Origin: an uncultured Phycisphaerales bacterium
Lineage (GTDB): Bacteria; Planctomycetota; Phycisphaerae; Tepidisphaerales; Tepidisphaeraceae
Direction: 5' to 3'
NCBI GenBank assembly: GCA_963755915.1
Contig: CAVWLP010000003.1
Location: 992,001-1,056,000 of the forward strand
DNA: 64,000 bases
Positions 38,359-49,263 of this stretch are shown here, in pieces. Every line of letters begins with the position of its first letter. Position 1 is the first letter of the stretch. Both the position numbers and the translations under genes were made by a program. The notes beneath the pieces were generated by a model. The model was not told the DNA's origin. It worked only from the letters and a program-made list of their open reading frames with translations, and searched no databases.

Positions 38359-38991
38359 ATGAGCCGACCCGGCATGGAAGGCCAAAGAGTGCGATCTTTG
38401 TCCTGGTTCCGCGAATGGGTTTTCGAGCAACTCGGTAGCATCCGCCATGAGAGGCGTGTGTCGGCTATTTGCCGAATTCTGTTCGAAAAGACCCTCCCCC
38501 TGCACGATCTGAATCGAAACGACCTGCGGCTTTTGAAGCTGGCAGCGTATCTGCATGACATTGGGCGATCGGTTAACAACAAGAATCACCCGGCCGAAGG
38601 CGCACGGATCATCCGGCGTGAGAGCGACTTGCCGCTGAAGAAGCGGCAGAGGCGGATGCTGGCGTACGTGGCGCTGCGGCATCGGGGTCGGGTGCCGGAT
38701 GCGAGCGAAGACCGGGCGCTGGGCCGCGTGAGCGATAAAGAGAGGGCCCGGCTGCTTCTGGCATTTCTTCGGGCGGCGGACACGCTGGACAGCCGGTGGC
38801 TGCCGGCGCCGGGGCTGAGCATTTCCCGGCGGGGGCAGAGATTGCGAATCGTCTGCTGGGCGCGGGGCGATGCCCAAGAGGCCCGGAGCATCTTTGGGCG
38901 GCGGAAGAAGTTTAAGCTGCTGGAAGAGATGCTCGACTGCCGGATCGAGGTCGCGGTGAAGGTTCGCCGGCGTATGCGGGCGGCGGCTTAG
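38359..38991 (+). CDS. Stand-alone HD-domain protein resembling the Ppx/GppA C-terminal domain
   Basis: HERRV, AAYLHDIG, HR, LRAADTLD. Confidence 0.7.
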   Translation: MSRPGMEGQRVRSLSWFREWVFEQLGSIRHERRVSAICRILFEKTLPLHDLNRNDLRLLKLAAYLHDIGRSVNNKNHPAEGARIIRRESDLPLKKRQRRMLAYVALRHRGRVPDASEDRALGRVSDKERARLLLAFLRAADTLDSRWLPAPGLSISRRGQRLRIVCWARGDAQEARSIFGRRKKFKLLEEMLDCRIEVAVKVRRRMRAAA

Positions 38992-39346
38992 AGCATCTGT
39001 TTCGTTTCACCCCCCACACTTCTGTGATTGCGACATCATATTTAGGTGAGTGAAATTCAAAATAAGTTAGTGGCTGCGAACAAATCGTTCCCGCGTTGTG
39101 GCGGGGGGTTTCGTCACCGTTGACGGTTTTGATAAATTCGAAAGAGCTGCCCCGGGGGTGTACGTGTTTTTTCCTGGATTGCGACGGGGTTGTTCGTCGT
39201 CTTTTTTTTGCCCCGTGGCGAGCGGCTTTTTGGCTGCTCCGGGTTCGTCGAAAATCATGCTCGTCTATATATAGGTGCGGGAGGTGTACGTTTTGGACGT
39301 ATTTTTGGATCTGGCGCGGATTTTTTTGAAATATTTGCGGGGGAAA

Positions 39347-39373
39347 CGCACCCCTGTGGGGTTGCGGCTAAAC
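39347..39373 (-). repeat. TTAG-type REP-like palindrome (copies at 63223-63249 and a degenerate one at 40679-40705)
   Basis: CGCACCCCTGYGGGGTTGCGGCTAAAC. Confidence 0.7.
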
Positions 39374-39402
39374 GGGGAGGGGAGCGCACTGGCTAAAAAA
39401 AC

Positions 39403-39430
39403 TTGACAGGAGTTCATCCAGAACTAGGAT
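39403..39430 (+). promoter_or_regulatory. Sigma70-type promoter
   Basis: TTGACA-N16-TAGGAT. Confidence 0.6.
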
Positions 39431-39551
39431 TAAGGCATTGATACCGTGGGCGTTACGCGCCCATGGGTTAATCGCCTGAGTTTCGAGGGTCTGGCGAGAT
39501 GTAAGAGCTGGTGCCGCCAGGGGTTGAATAGCGAAGTCCAAGGAGTAGCCT

Positions 39552-40432
39552 TTGAGTCCCCTTACTAAGTTGTTTGTCGCGTTGCTGGTGATCGTGTCGA
39601 TGTTGAACGCCGCAGCGATCGTGGTGTTCGTGAACGAGGTGCAGCCCCTCCAACCCGCTCTGGCTGCCGCCCAAGCCCGGTTGTCGGGGCGCAGGCCCAG
39701 GTGGATTCGGCCAACGCCGCCCGCGAGCATGCCGAGGGGATGTACAACGCGGAAGTGCAGCTGCATCAGAAGGATAACAGCGATAATCAGACGAAGCTGA
39801 CGGGGTCGGATTCTGACCTGAACAACGCCCGGGTGACGATTGCCCGGTTGCAGGCGGATAACACCAACCTTCAGTCGGCTTTGAACACGGCCAACAGCAA
39901 TGTTCAGCTTTCGACCTCGACGGCGAACAAGCTGCAGGAGCAGGTGACGGAGCTGCGGACGAGCAACGACGGGCTGGCGAAGCAGAACGAGGAATTTGGA
40001 CGGCGCACGGCGCAGCTCACCAGCGTCCTGGACAGCCTGCAGGCGAAGGACGAGGAGACGCAGGAGAACCTGGCGCAGGCGAAGGATGACAAGCAGAAGC
40101 TGGCGGCGGCACTGAAGGATCGGGGGTATGACCCGCAAATGATCCTCACCGCGCCAGCAGTGAACGCCGTGAGCGCGGCTTCGATTGAAGGCGTGGTTGC
40201 GGATAAGAGCGTTATCAACGGCAACACGTTTGTGACGATCAATGTGGGGAGCTCGCAGGGGGTGCAGCAGGGAATGAAGTTTTACGTGGTGAACGGGCCG
40301 GAATTTCTGGGGATCGTAACGATCGACACGGTTGATACGGATGACGCCATCGGGAAGCTCGAGGGCGCGCCGGATAAGGTGGCGTCGGTGCAGAAGGGTA
40401 ATGAGGTAAAGACGCAGCTTCGGGGGTCTTGA
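39552..40432 (+). CDS. Membrane-anchored coiled-coil protein with C-terminal beta domain (frameshift near 39690)
   Basis: AAGGAG RBS + TTG; TM; long coiled coil; INVGSSQGVQQGMKF. Confidence 0.7.
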
Positions 40433-40504
40433 AAGAGAGTTTAATTCCCCACGGCGGCGCCGTGGGCGTTCAGGGATGGAAGTGAAGGTTGATTGGAGTC
40501 GTTT

Positions 40505-40675
40505 ATGAGTCGTATCGCGACGGGTGATCGGCCGGTAATCGTTAAGCCTACGAACAATGTTTATACGGTTCTGGTGCTGGTGGCGTTGCTGGTAAACGTG
40601 ATCGCATTTTTGGTGGTGTTTCTGCGATACGCGATCGTTTTTGGGGCTAGCGCGAATATGTTTTCGACGCACTAA
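40505..40675 (+). CDS. Small single-TM protein
   Basis: GGAG RBS; NNVYTVLVLVALL. Confidence 0.6.
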   Translation: MSRIATGDRPVIVKPTNNVYTVLVLVALLVNVIAFLVVFLRYAIVFGASANMFSTH

Positions 40676-40714
40676 AGGCGCGCCCGCAAGCGGGGGTGGC
40701 TAAACAAGAGTGAG

Positions 40715-41359
40715 ATGCCGTTTCGATTACGCGATTGCCTGCCGTTTTCGGCGCGGGCGCCCTGAGAGATCGTGTTGCGGGGTTTAAATTTCTGGAAGTC
40801 GGTTCGCTTGTGGATGGGGAGCTGGAGCTGGTTGCGCCATCGGCGCAGTGGGTAGAGGCGGTGCTGGGGATCTGCCGGCATCCGGTATCGGTGCAAAAGT
40901 CGCCGGGGCTGGGGGAGACGACGCGGCAGAATATCGTGGAATTTTTGCGTAATTGTCCGGGGGGGCATCAAGCGGCGAATACGTGCGGGGGAACGGCGCC
41001 GGCGTATCATTTCTGGATGCACGATAAGAGCAATCCGGACCATCCGATAGCCGGGGGGCTGAATCTGCGGGTGGGGACGCAATATGACCTGGTGATGTTC
41101 AACGGGCAGGTGGGGTACATGGTTTATCCACCGGCGCGGGGGCGGCATTTCGCGGAGCGAGCGGTGCGGCTGCTGTTTCCGCTGGCGCGGCGGCATGGGA
41201 TCAACCCGCTGTGGATCACGTGCAACCCGGATAATTTTGCGTCGAGACGAACGTGCGAACGGCTGGGTGGGCAACTGGTGGAGATCGTTCCGGTGCCGAC
41301 GGAGAACGCGTTGTATGCGCGGGGAGCGGGAGAAATGCAGATATCGGATTGATTTGTAA
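40715..41359 (+). CDS. GNAT acetyltransferase (frameshifts near both ends)
   Basis: GQVGYMVYPPARGRHFA; ITCNPDNFASRRTCERLGG. Confidence 0.8.
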
Positions 41360-41564
41360 GTCCCTCGGCGGCGCTTTATTTTTATCCGGATTATTTCTTT
41401 TGGGGTATTCCGTTTAGCGAAGAATTTGGAGGGAGATTTTTATCGGTTGCGGTTTGGGTGACGAGGGGGACGCGGTGACTCGAATATCACGGGCGGTTGC
41501 GCTGGGAGGACACATGGCTGTCCTGGTGACGGTCGGGGCGTCCTTGAGGTGGAGACTCTATCTC

Positions 41565-41591
41565 CCGCGGGTGCAAGCACCCCGCGGCTTT
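41565..41591. terminator. Hairpin just downstream of the PEP-CTERM gene
   Basis: CCGCGGGTGC-AA-GCACCCGCGG. Confidence 0.5.
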
Positions 41592-41592
41592 G

Positions 41593-44500
41593 TTAGGGAG
41601 GACACTGTGGGGCGCGGCGGCGGCGGAGGGCGGCGAAACCTGCGAGGGTGAGGATGGCGGCGGTGGCGGGTTCGGGGACGTCGGCGAGCAAACCGTTGGC
41701 GGCGGCGAAGGCGTCGAGGGCGGCGAAATCGGCAGGGGTGACGTCGGCGGTGTTGGAATCGCCCTGACCGAAATTGGAGGCGAGGGCCGCGAAGTCCGTC
41801 CCGTTGACAGAGCCGCCGTAGAAGAAATTGCCTTGGTCCCAGTTGGTGGATCCGAGTCCGAAATTGGCGGCGAGGATTGAGAAGTCGGATCCGTTGACGA
41901 CGCCGTCGAGGTTGGCGTCGCCGAGGAGGGTCCATTTGACCTCGATTTGGCCGGAAGTAAGGCCCGAGACGATGCCGTCGGCGCCGTCGGCATAACCAAG
42001 CCCGTAGTTGCTTCCTGAATACAACTGGGATGACGCTATGCCGGGGCCGTCCCAATATCCGTTCGCGTAGGCAGAAATGATGTATGACTGTATCGTCGCG
42101 ATCGGATCGGAACCCGATCCATAATTAAGGATGATCTCGTTGTTGGTAATGTTGAAGTAGGCGTTGGCGGCTATGGTCAGGGAAGAGAGGGTCACAGTAC
42201 CAATGTTAAGGTTGAGCTCCGCCGTTCCCGCGTTGACGGCGAGGCTGGTGTTGTTGGGGAGAGCGCCGGGACGCCGAAGATCAGCTGGCCGCCGTTTAAG
42301 GTGGTGCCGCCGGTGTAAGTGTTGATGGTGTTCAGTGTGAGAGTAGCGGTGCCATATTTGGCAAGCGCGGTTGTACCGATGATACCGCCGGTTCCAGTGA
42401 TTGTGTAATTGCCGTTGGAGTTGTTAACGCAGACGGTACCGGGCGAGACCTGGGTGTTGAGGGTGACGTTGTAGTTGCCGTTGTTATTGTCGTTGAAATC
42501 GACGTTAGCGCCGTTGGTGTACTTGGTTGCGGAGACGCCGTCGGTCCAGTTGGCGTTGTTGTTGACGTCCCAGGAGGTTCCGTTGCCGGAGAGGCCGGCG
42601 TTGTCCCAGTTGAGGATGGGGATGCCGGTGGAATCGACGGGGGCGGTTTGTGAGCTGCCGTTGATGTAGGTGTAATCGTCCCAGCCGGTGACGGAAGGCG
42701 CCGCGGAGGTATTGGTGATTTCCATGCGGAGGGCGTCGTACATGACGCCGTCGGTGTGGGAGCTGACACCGAAGGTGAATTCATTATCGGTGCCGACGGC
42801 GCTGAGGTCAGAGGTGGGAAATTGAAATGCGGCCCACTGATAGAAGCCTGAGTCGCCGCTGCGGACCATGGGATCGTCGGGGGAGAAATTGTTGTAGCTC
42901 CATGTTTCGGAGTGTCCGTTGAGGGTGACGACGAGGCTGGCGTCGAGCGCGACGAGTCCGACGGAGAGGACGACGTATTGACCCTGGGCGTCCTGAGCGG
43001 CAGTGGTTTCGAAGTGAACCTGCCAGGCGGAGCCGTGATAGTTGGCGGGGCCACCGGCGGCGGTGACATAGGAAGGGGCTTCGCTGTTGTATTCATCCGT
43101 GGAGTTGTTGGCGGAATCGTAGAGAGGGGGATCGAATGTTTCCCACTGATTTGCGATCCAGTCGTTGGGGTTGTTGGTTGCGGGTTCGGCGACGCCGTTG
43201 ATGACGGTGGCGGTGGCGTTGTAGGAGACGTAACCGGGGGTGCCGAGGGCTTGTTCTTCGGCCCAGTAGTTGTAGGCGCCGTAGTATTGGCGTTGATCTG
43301 CGCCGGAGGCGTTGTGGCCGTTCATGAATTCGTTGGAGGAACGATTGGGCGTGCCGATGGTCCAGATGGGGGCGTAGTTTGAGAAGTTTTCGGGCATAAA
43401 CTTGACGTTTTGGGGGACGGTGACCTGCCCGGCGACGACCTGCACCCCATCCACGCGAGTTTCGCCCCACTGGCCAAGCTGGTAGAGCGTCATCCGGTAG
43501 GTGCCCGGGACGACGTTGTTGATGTCGACGTTACCGTTCTGGGAAACCTGCCCCCAATACTGGTATCCCTGCGTCGACTCCTGCATGTTCACGCCTGGCT
43601 CGGAAAGAACAACGGTGTTGTTGTCGATGTTGGAGCTCCAGCCGGCGGTGGAGGTGGCATTGATCTGGACGCTGCCGCGGTTAGCGGTGTTAACGTAACC
43701 GCTGGCGGCCAGTTCGGTGTCTGTGTTGAATTCCGACTGATCGTTGGAAATATTGTCAATCGCGTTTTGGTTGATTTGCGCGGCCGTGGTGCCGGTGATC
43801 GACGAGATCGTAAATGCGTAAGGTCCAAAGAGCTTGGTTGTATTCACATCCGGGGTCGGATAATACCCATATCCTGGATAGGCTCCCGTGCCATAGCCGT
43901 TGGTACTATCAATTCCGTAGTGATCCGAGAGAAACTCCATGTTAAGAATGCCGGGATCGGTCCAGGCCAGTTCCTGCTTGGTGGGTCCTCCCGTGAGGGT
44001 GTCGGGAGCCGTATCAACTTCGGTGACGGCGTAGTTTGAGCCGTACATCGTTTCGGCTTGATAGAACTGGCTGTAGACGGAGTAGTCGTACTTGGTGAAG
44101 AAGTTGGTTCCGTTGTCTCCGGCGACGCCGGTGCCGGTGAGGTCGTAGGTGACGTTTTGGACCTGGCGTTCGGCATTGGCGGTGGCGGTGGCAAAACCAG
44201 AAGTTGTGCTGGGGACCGGGGAGGTGGTCACGGGGGCGAGGTTATTTGGGCCCGTGTCGATCTGATAGAGGTTTGGGAAAAGGCTGGTATTTGAACGAAA
44301 AAGGAACTGGCCCTGACCGACGCTTAGGCCTTCTACCGTGCCGTTGGGTTCAGTGACGGTGGTAGGATCAGTGGCCGAGTGATTCAGTACCTCGTAGCAG
44401 TAAATGGTCGGGTCATTGGCGAAGAGGACATAGTGAAATGCGTAGGTAATCGGGTTAACGCTTGTGCCGGTCGAGGCGACGTTTGTCCAGACATCGACAT

Positions 44501-44837
44501 AGCTATTGTCCGGGCCAACCTGCGCGTTAAACGTCTGGGGCCCCGAACCGAAGGGCGTTCCGGCGAACTCTTGATTCAAGCTTCCGTCGGTCCCACCACC
44601 GGGGTTTAGGAGGTTGGTGCCATTGCCCAAAGAAATGGAGTCTATTTCTTCGCCCTGAGGATCAAAAGTTGCGTTGATAAGACCGTTCGATATCTGCCAG
44701 TTGGTATTGCTATTCTCGACCAGCGTAACTTGTCCCTGCGCTTCAGCCGACAGAGCGGCCGCCACTCCCGCCGAAACTGCCATTAAAATTGCCCGATTTT
44801 GACGACGCCGGGGACCCCCTGAGCAGGCACAACTCAT
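41593..44837 (-). CDS. Rhamnogalacturonan lyase (PL4)-like + autotransporter-type beta repeat + dockerin-like + PEP-CTERM (frameshift near 42270)
   Basis: TKYDYS, GGPTKQEL, SDHYG, GYQYW, NVVPGTY, IWTIGTPNRS, VMYDALRME; LAKYGTATLTL..NTYTGGTT; GDANLDGVVNGSDF; VPEPATAAILTLAGFAALRRRR. Confidence 0.82.
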
Positions 44838-44950
44838 TTTCCGCTCCTCGTCCGCTATTTCACAGATTTTCAAACCCAATTACCGCAATTGCCAGCATCT
44901 TCCGCGATGGTGTGCCAATGTCAAGAGAATTCTGGAAAAACAGGGGGGAA

Positions 44951-47145
44951 TCAGGCTATTTTGCGAGGTTTTAGGGAGGCGATGAGGTTGGCAAGGAGGC
45001 TGATAATTCCGCCGACTACCACAAGAACGGCGGAAAATGCCCAGGCGCGCCAGGTGATGGCGTCGGAGGGGTCGTAGGAGATTTGAGCGACGGGCTCGGG
45101 GGCGGTGGCCGCGGGGGACGCGGCTTGAGCGACAACGAGGGGTGCGGATGGGGGCGTGGGGACATGGGGAGGTGCGGTGTGGAGGACGATGTTTTGATCA
45201 CCGCTGCGGACGGAGGAGCGGCTGTAGCCGCGCTGGGGGGCGTAGTTATAGAAGGCGGTGAGGCGGTCGCCGGTGACGACGGTGCAAGTGAATTTTCCGT
45301 TGCCGTCGGTGGTCATGCTGTTGTATCCGGTGCGTGGGCCGTCGACGTAGATTCGCATACCGACGACGGGCTGGTTGTCGGCGTTGAGGAGGACGCCGGC
45401 GATGGAGGAATCGCGCTTGTAGAGGGTGATGTCGCGCGGGGTGAGGGTTTGGCCGGGGGTTGGGCGCAGCTCGGCGGTTTCGGTTTCGCCGTAGCCGTTG
45501 CGGGAGACGTCGACGTAATAGATGGCGTCGGGCCAGAGGTCGGCGATGGTGTAGTTTCCCTTGTCGTCGGAGAGGCCGCTGTCCTGCTCCATCGAGTAGC
45601 GACCGGTGCGGACGATGAGGCTGATCTGCGCGGCGGGGATGGGGTGGTTCTGGGAATCGATGACACGGCCGGTGATGGTGGCGAGGACGCCTTTTTCGAG
45701 CTGGATGGTGATGTCGCCGGGGGCGGAGCGATTGACGGCGAGGGCCTTTGAAGTGGCGAGGTCGCCGGAGCGGGCGCGAAGCTGGACGCGGCCGGTGCGC
45801 TGCATGGGGAGGGTGTGGAAGAGCCCATCGGGGCCGGTGGTGAAGGACAGGTGCTGGTACATGGGGATTTCATCGGAGGAGACGAAGACGCTGGCGCCGG
45901 CGACGGGATTTCCGTCGGGGTCGAGGACCTTGCCGACGAGGGGGGCCATGAGGACGCGCGGGAGGCGGAACTGAATGGCTTCGGAGGCGCCGCCTTGCTG
46001 GATGGTGACGTTTTTGTTGTCGGGGCTGGGTCGTGCGAAGCCGGGGGCGGGGGTGTCGGACATTATGTAGACGTTTTGCTCGCCGGGGACGACGCGGGCG
46101 GTGAAAGTGCCGGTGGCGTCGGTCTGAACCTGCTGGACGGAAGCGCTGTCGCGGGGATGGGCGGGTCCGTAGATGCCGAGGGGAACGCCCGGGACGGGCT
46201 GGCTGTTGTCGGCGGCGACGACGGTTCCGGTGAGGATGACGCCGGGGATGAGGGAAAGATCGACGCCGGACTTGGCCTGGCCGGCGGTGAGGGCGAGATT
46301 TTCGACGGCCTGGGCGGTGAATGTTTTTTCCAGGCTTGAGTCGGGGTGAAGGGAGATGTCGAAGCGGCCGGGGCGGAGCTGGTTTATCGTGTAGGAGCCA
46401 TCGGCGGCGGTGAGGGCGTTGGCGTAGCCGTAGTCGGAGGATTGGCAATCGATGGCGATTCCGGGGGCGGGCTTGCCGGTGGTGGAGTAGGTGACGTGGC
46501 CGGAAATCGTGGCGGCGGGCAAGAGGTGGATGGGATCGGCTTTGGTCTGGGGGGAGCTGCCGAGCATTTGCTCGTCCTGGTCGGAGAGCATGGCGTATTT
46601 GGGGTCGGTGACGATGAGATCGACGGTGGAGGATTGGGCGAGGCCGGGGATCGTGCATTGGCCGTTGGAATCGGTGACGGCGGAGATAGGGGAGTTAAAG
46701 GGCTGGGGGATGGAGAGATTGGTGAGGCCACCGGAGATTTGGGAGAAGGACATGGTGAAGAGGCTGATCGGAACGCCGGGGGCGGGTTTGTTGTCGGGGC
46801 CAATGAATGTCAGGAGGAGGTCGGTGCGCGGGTGGAGAGAGATTTTGGGATTGGTGCCGCCCTGGAGGAGGACGGCGCCGGCGCCGAAGGAGTCGGCGGT
46901 GGCGAAGAGTTCAGTGGCGTCGGGGACGGCATTGAAGAAATGGAAATCGCCGTTGTCGTCGGTGCGGGTGGTTGGGGCGTCGATTTTCGGGCCGGATTGG
47001 GGGCGCTGGTGGATTTGATGAGATAGACGGCGGCGTTTTTGACGGGCTTGCCGTCGGGGGAGAGGACTTTGCCGGAGTAGTCGGCGGCAAAACAGGCGGA
47101 TGCAAGGGTGAAGATTGCGAGGATGGAGCAGAAAAGGTGTTTCAC
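44951..47145 (-). CDS. Secreted, C-terminally anchored protein with carboxypeptidase-regulatory-like repeats (frameshift near 47017)
   Basis: Signal peptide; repeated [14 protein letters not shown] / TD..G.F units; C-terminal TM. Confidence 0.75.
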
Positions 47146-47246
47146 GTTTCCTCATTTCCCCTCCGGTGGTACGCGGGACGCGGTCCTCAAGGGAGGGCAA
47201 GGGTGGGTGATGAGTATATTCGCCGTTGTGGGGATACAATAGGGTG

Positions 47247-48476
47247 ATGCCATTCAGTGCGATTCCGGAAATATTGGATGAGCTGCGGGCCGGGAAGATG
47301 GTCGTTCTCGTGGATGATGAGGACCGGGAGAACGAGGGGGACCTGGTGATGGCGGCGGAGAAGGTGACGCCGGCGGCGATTAATTTCATGGTGACGCATG
47401 CGCGGGGGCTGATCTGTCTGCCGCTGACGGCGGAGCGATGCGATCGGCTGCAGCTTCATGCGCAATCGGATCGGAATACGGCTCGGCTGGGGACGGCGTT
47501 TACGGTGACAGTGGACGCGCATCCGCGGTTTGGGGTGACGACAGGGGTGTCGGCGAAGGACCGGGCGACGACGATTCAGGTGGCGATCGCGGAGGATGCG
47601 CAGCCACAGGATTTGCTGCGGCCGGGGCATATCAATCCGCTGCGGACGCGGGAGGGGGGCGTGCTGGTGCGGGCGGGGCAGACGGAGGGGTCGGTGGACC
47701 TGGCGAATCTGGCGGGAATGAAGCCGGCGGCGGTGATCTGCGAAGTGATGCGCGAAGACGGAGAGATGGCGCGGCGGCCGGAGCTGGAAGAGTTTTGCGC
47801 CAAGCATGGTTTGAAGATGTGCTCGATTGCGGACCTGATCAGCTATCGGCTGAAGCGCGAGCAGTTCGTGCGGCGGATTGAGAGCGTGGCGCTGCCGACG
47901 AGGTGGGGGACGTTTCAACTGCATGCGTATCAGAGCGCGATCGATCCGCAGCCGCATTTGGCGCTGTGTAAGGGGGGCGTGGGTGATCTGGACAGCGAGG
48001 GGAAGCCGATTGTGCATGAGGAGCCGGTGCTGGTGCGGGTGCATAGCGAGTGTTTGACGGGGGATGTTTTTGGGAGCGCGCGGTGCGACTGCGGGCCGCA
48101 GCTTTCGGCGGCGATGCAGATGATCGAGCATGAAGGGAAGGGGGCGCTGGTTTATCTTCGGCAGGAGGGGCGGGGGATTGGGCTGGCGAATAAGCTGCAT
48201 GCTTATGCGCTGCAGGAGAAGGGGCTGGATACCGTGGAGGCGAATCAGCGGCTTGGTCTACCCGTTGATAAGCGGGATTATGGGATTGGGAGCCAGATTC
48301 TTCGGGACCTGGGGCTGCGGAAGATTCGGATCATGACGAACAATCCGAAGAAGATTTATGGGATTGAGGGGTATGGGTTGACTGTGGTGGAGGAGGTGCC
48401 GATTCGGATTGAGCCTGGGGAGCATAATCGGGAGTATCTGGCGACGAAGAAGGAGAAGATGGGGCATAAGTTGTGA
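47247..48476 (+). CDS. ribBA: Bifunctional DHBP synthase / GTP cyclohydrolase II
   Basis: [46 protein letters not shown]. Confidence 0.96.
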   Translation: MPFSAIPEILDELRAGKMVVLVDDEDRENEGDLVMAAEKVTPAAINFMVTHARGLICLPLTAERCDRLQLHAQSDRNTARLGTAFTVTVDAHPRFGVTTGVSAKDRATTIQVAIAEDAQPQDLLRPGHINPLRTREGGVLVRAGQTEGSVDLANLAGMKPAAVICEVMREDGEMARRPELEEFCAKHGLKMCSIADLISYRLKREQFVRRIESVALPTRWGTFQLHAYQSAIDPQPHLALCKGGVGDLDSEGKPIVHEEPVLVRVHSECLTGDVFGSARCDCGPQLSAAMQMIEHEGKGALVYLRQEGRGIGLANKLHAYALQEKGLDTVEANQRLGLPVDKRDYGIGSQILRDLGLRKIRIMTNNPKKIYGIEGYGLTVVEEVPIRIEPGEHNREYLATKKEKMGHKL

Positions 48477-48558
48477 ATGCCGATTGCCGATTGGCAATTG
48501 CCGAATGAAAAGGCGAGCGATTCTGCCTCTCATCCCCGCCCCCGGTACTCCGGGGGAG
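48476..48558. repeat. Heptamer array (ATTGCCG)n plus truncated GTAC palindrome
   Basis: atgccg attgccg attggca attgccg...ccccgcccccggtactccgggggag. Confidence 0.7.
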
Positions 48559-48614
48559 TGATGACGCACAAGCAGTACGATAGAGGAAACCAGCGATGGA
48601 AAGACGAGGTGTAA
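48558..48614 (+). pseudogene. C-terminal remnant of a HigB-type toxin
   Basis: In-frame VMTHKQYDRGNQRWKDEV* overlapping the antitoxin start; resembles the HigB C-terminal TH.EYD...WK motif. Confidence 0.6.
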
Positions 48615-49063
48615 AAATTCCCCAGGCGATCAAAGCGCTGCCAGAGTCCTATCTCGACTTGCTGGCCGAATTTCCCCTCCGCCCAATCACGACAGGAAAG
48701 GAATACGAGCGAGCCGTTAAAATTGTTCACCGGCTCGCATTGCGCGAGGGCAAGCTTGACCGTGGCGAGGAATCATTCCTGGAAGTTCTGGAAACATTGG
48801 TCGAGCGCTACGACGAGTCGCACCATCCGATGAACACCGACGACGTTTCTCCCACCGAGGTTCTGCGGATGCGGGTGGAGCAGGCCGGGATGAGCGTGAC
48901 GGATTTGGGGAAATTGCTGGGGAGCAAGAGCGCGGCTTCGGAACTGCTGAGCGGGAAACGCAAGGAGCCGAGCAAGTCGCAAATTGCGAAGTTGTGCGCG
49001 AGGTTCAAGGTCGATGCGGGAGTATTTCTGCAAGCGGCAACGTCGCCGGCAAATGCGGCGTAG
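48596..49063 (+). CDS. HigA-like HTH antitoxin
   Basis: FPLRPI..EYERA, LETLVERYD, HTH LGSKSAASELLSGKR, LCARFKV. Confidence 0.85.
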   Translation: MERRGVKIPQAIKALPESYLDLLAEFPLRPITTGKEYERAVKIVHRLALREGKLDRGEESFLEVLETLVERYDESHHPMNTDDVSPTEVLRMRVEQAGMSVTDLGKLLGSKSAASELLSGKRKEPSKSQIAKLCARFKVDAGVFLQAATSPANAA

Positions 49064-49263
49064 ACCGGGGTGTGCGATTCGATTGGCGGATGACGGCTTG
49101 ATCGCGATCCGGCTTTGGGCATGGGTTTGGAGATTCGATTGGATAATTGGCTAGCGCCGGATCCAATATATGAGTTTCGCGCTTTGAAATCCGCCGGTGG
49201 GGACACCGGCGGCACTTGGCGCGGGACGGGAAAGCGCCTTGCAAACAAGGCGGCTACACGAAA

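Noticed and set aside
39067-39258. 63-aa minus-strand ORF MIFDEPG...
   Set aside because: No clear RBS or recognisable motif; cannot be supported, though not excluded
47100-47246. FMN riboswitch upstream of ribBA
   Set aside because: The gap is only ~100 nt, holds a degenerate palindromic repeat, and lacks RFN motifs
47146-47389. N-terminal extension of ORF 44951..47389
   Set aside because: Overlaps ribBA antisense; the real signal peptide starts at GTG 47145 in another frame
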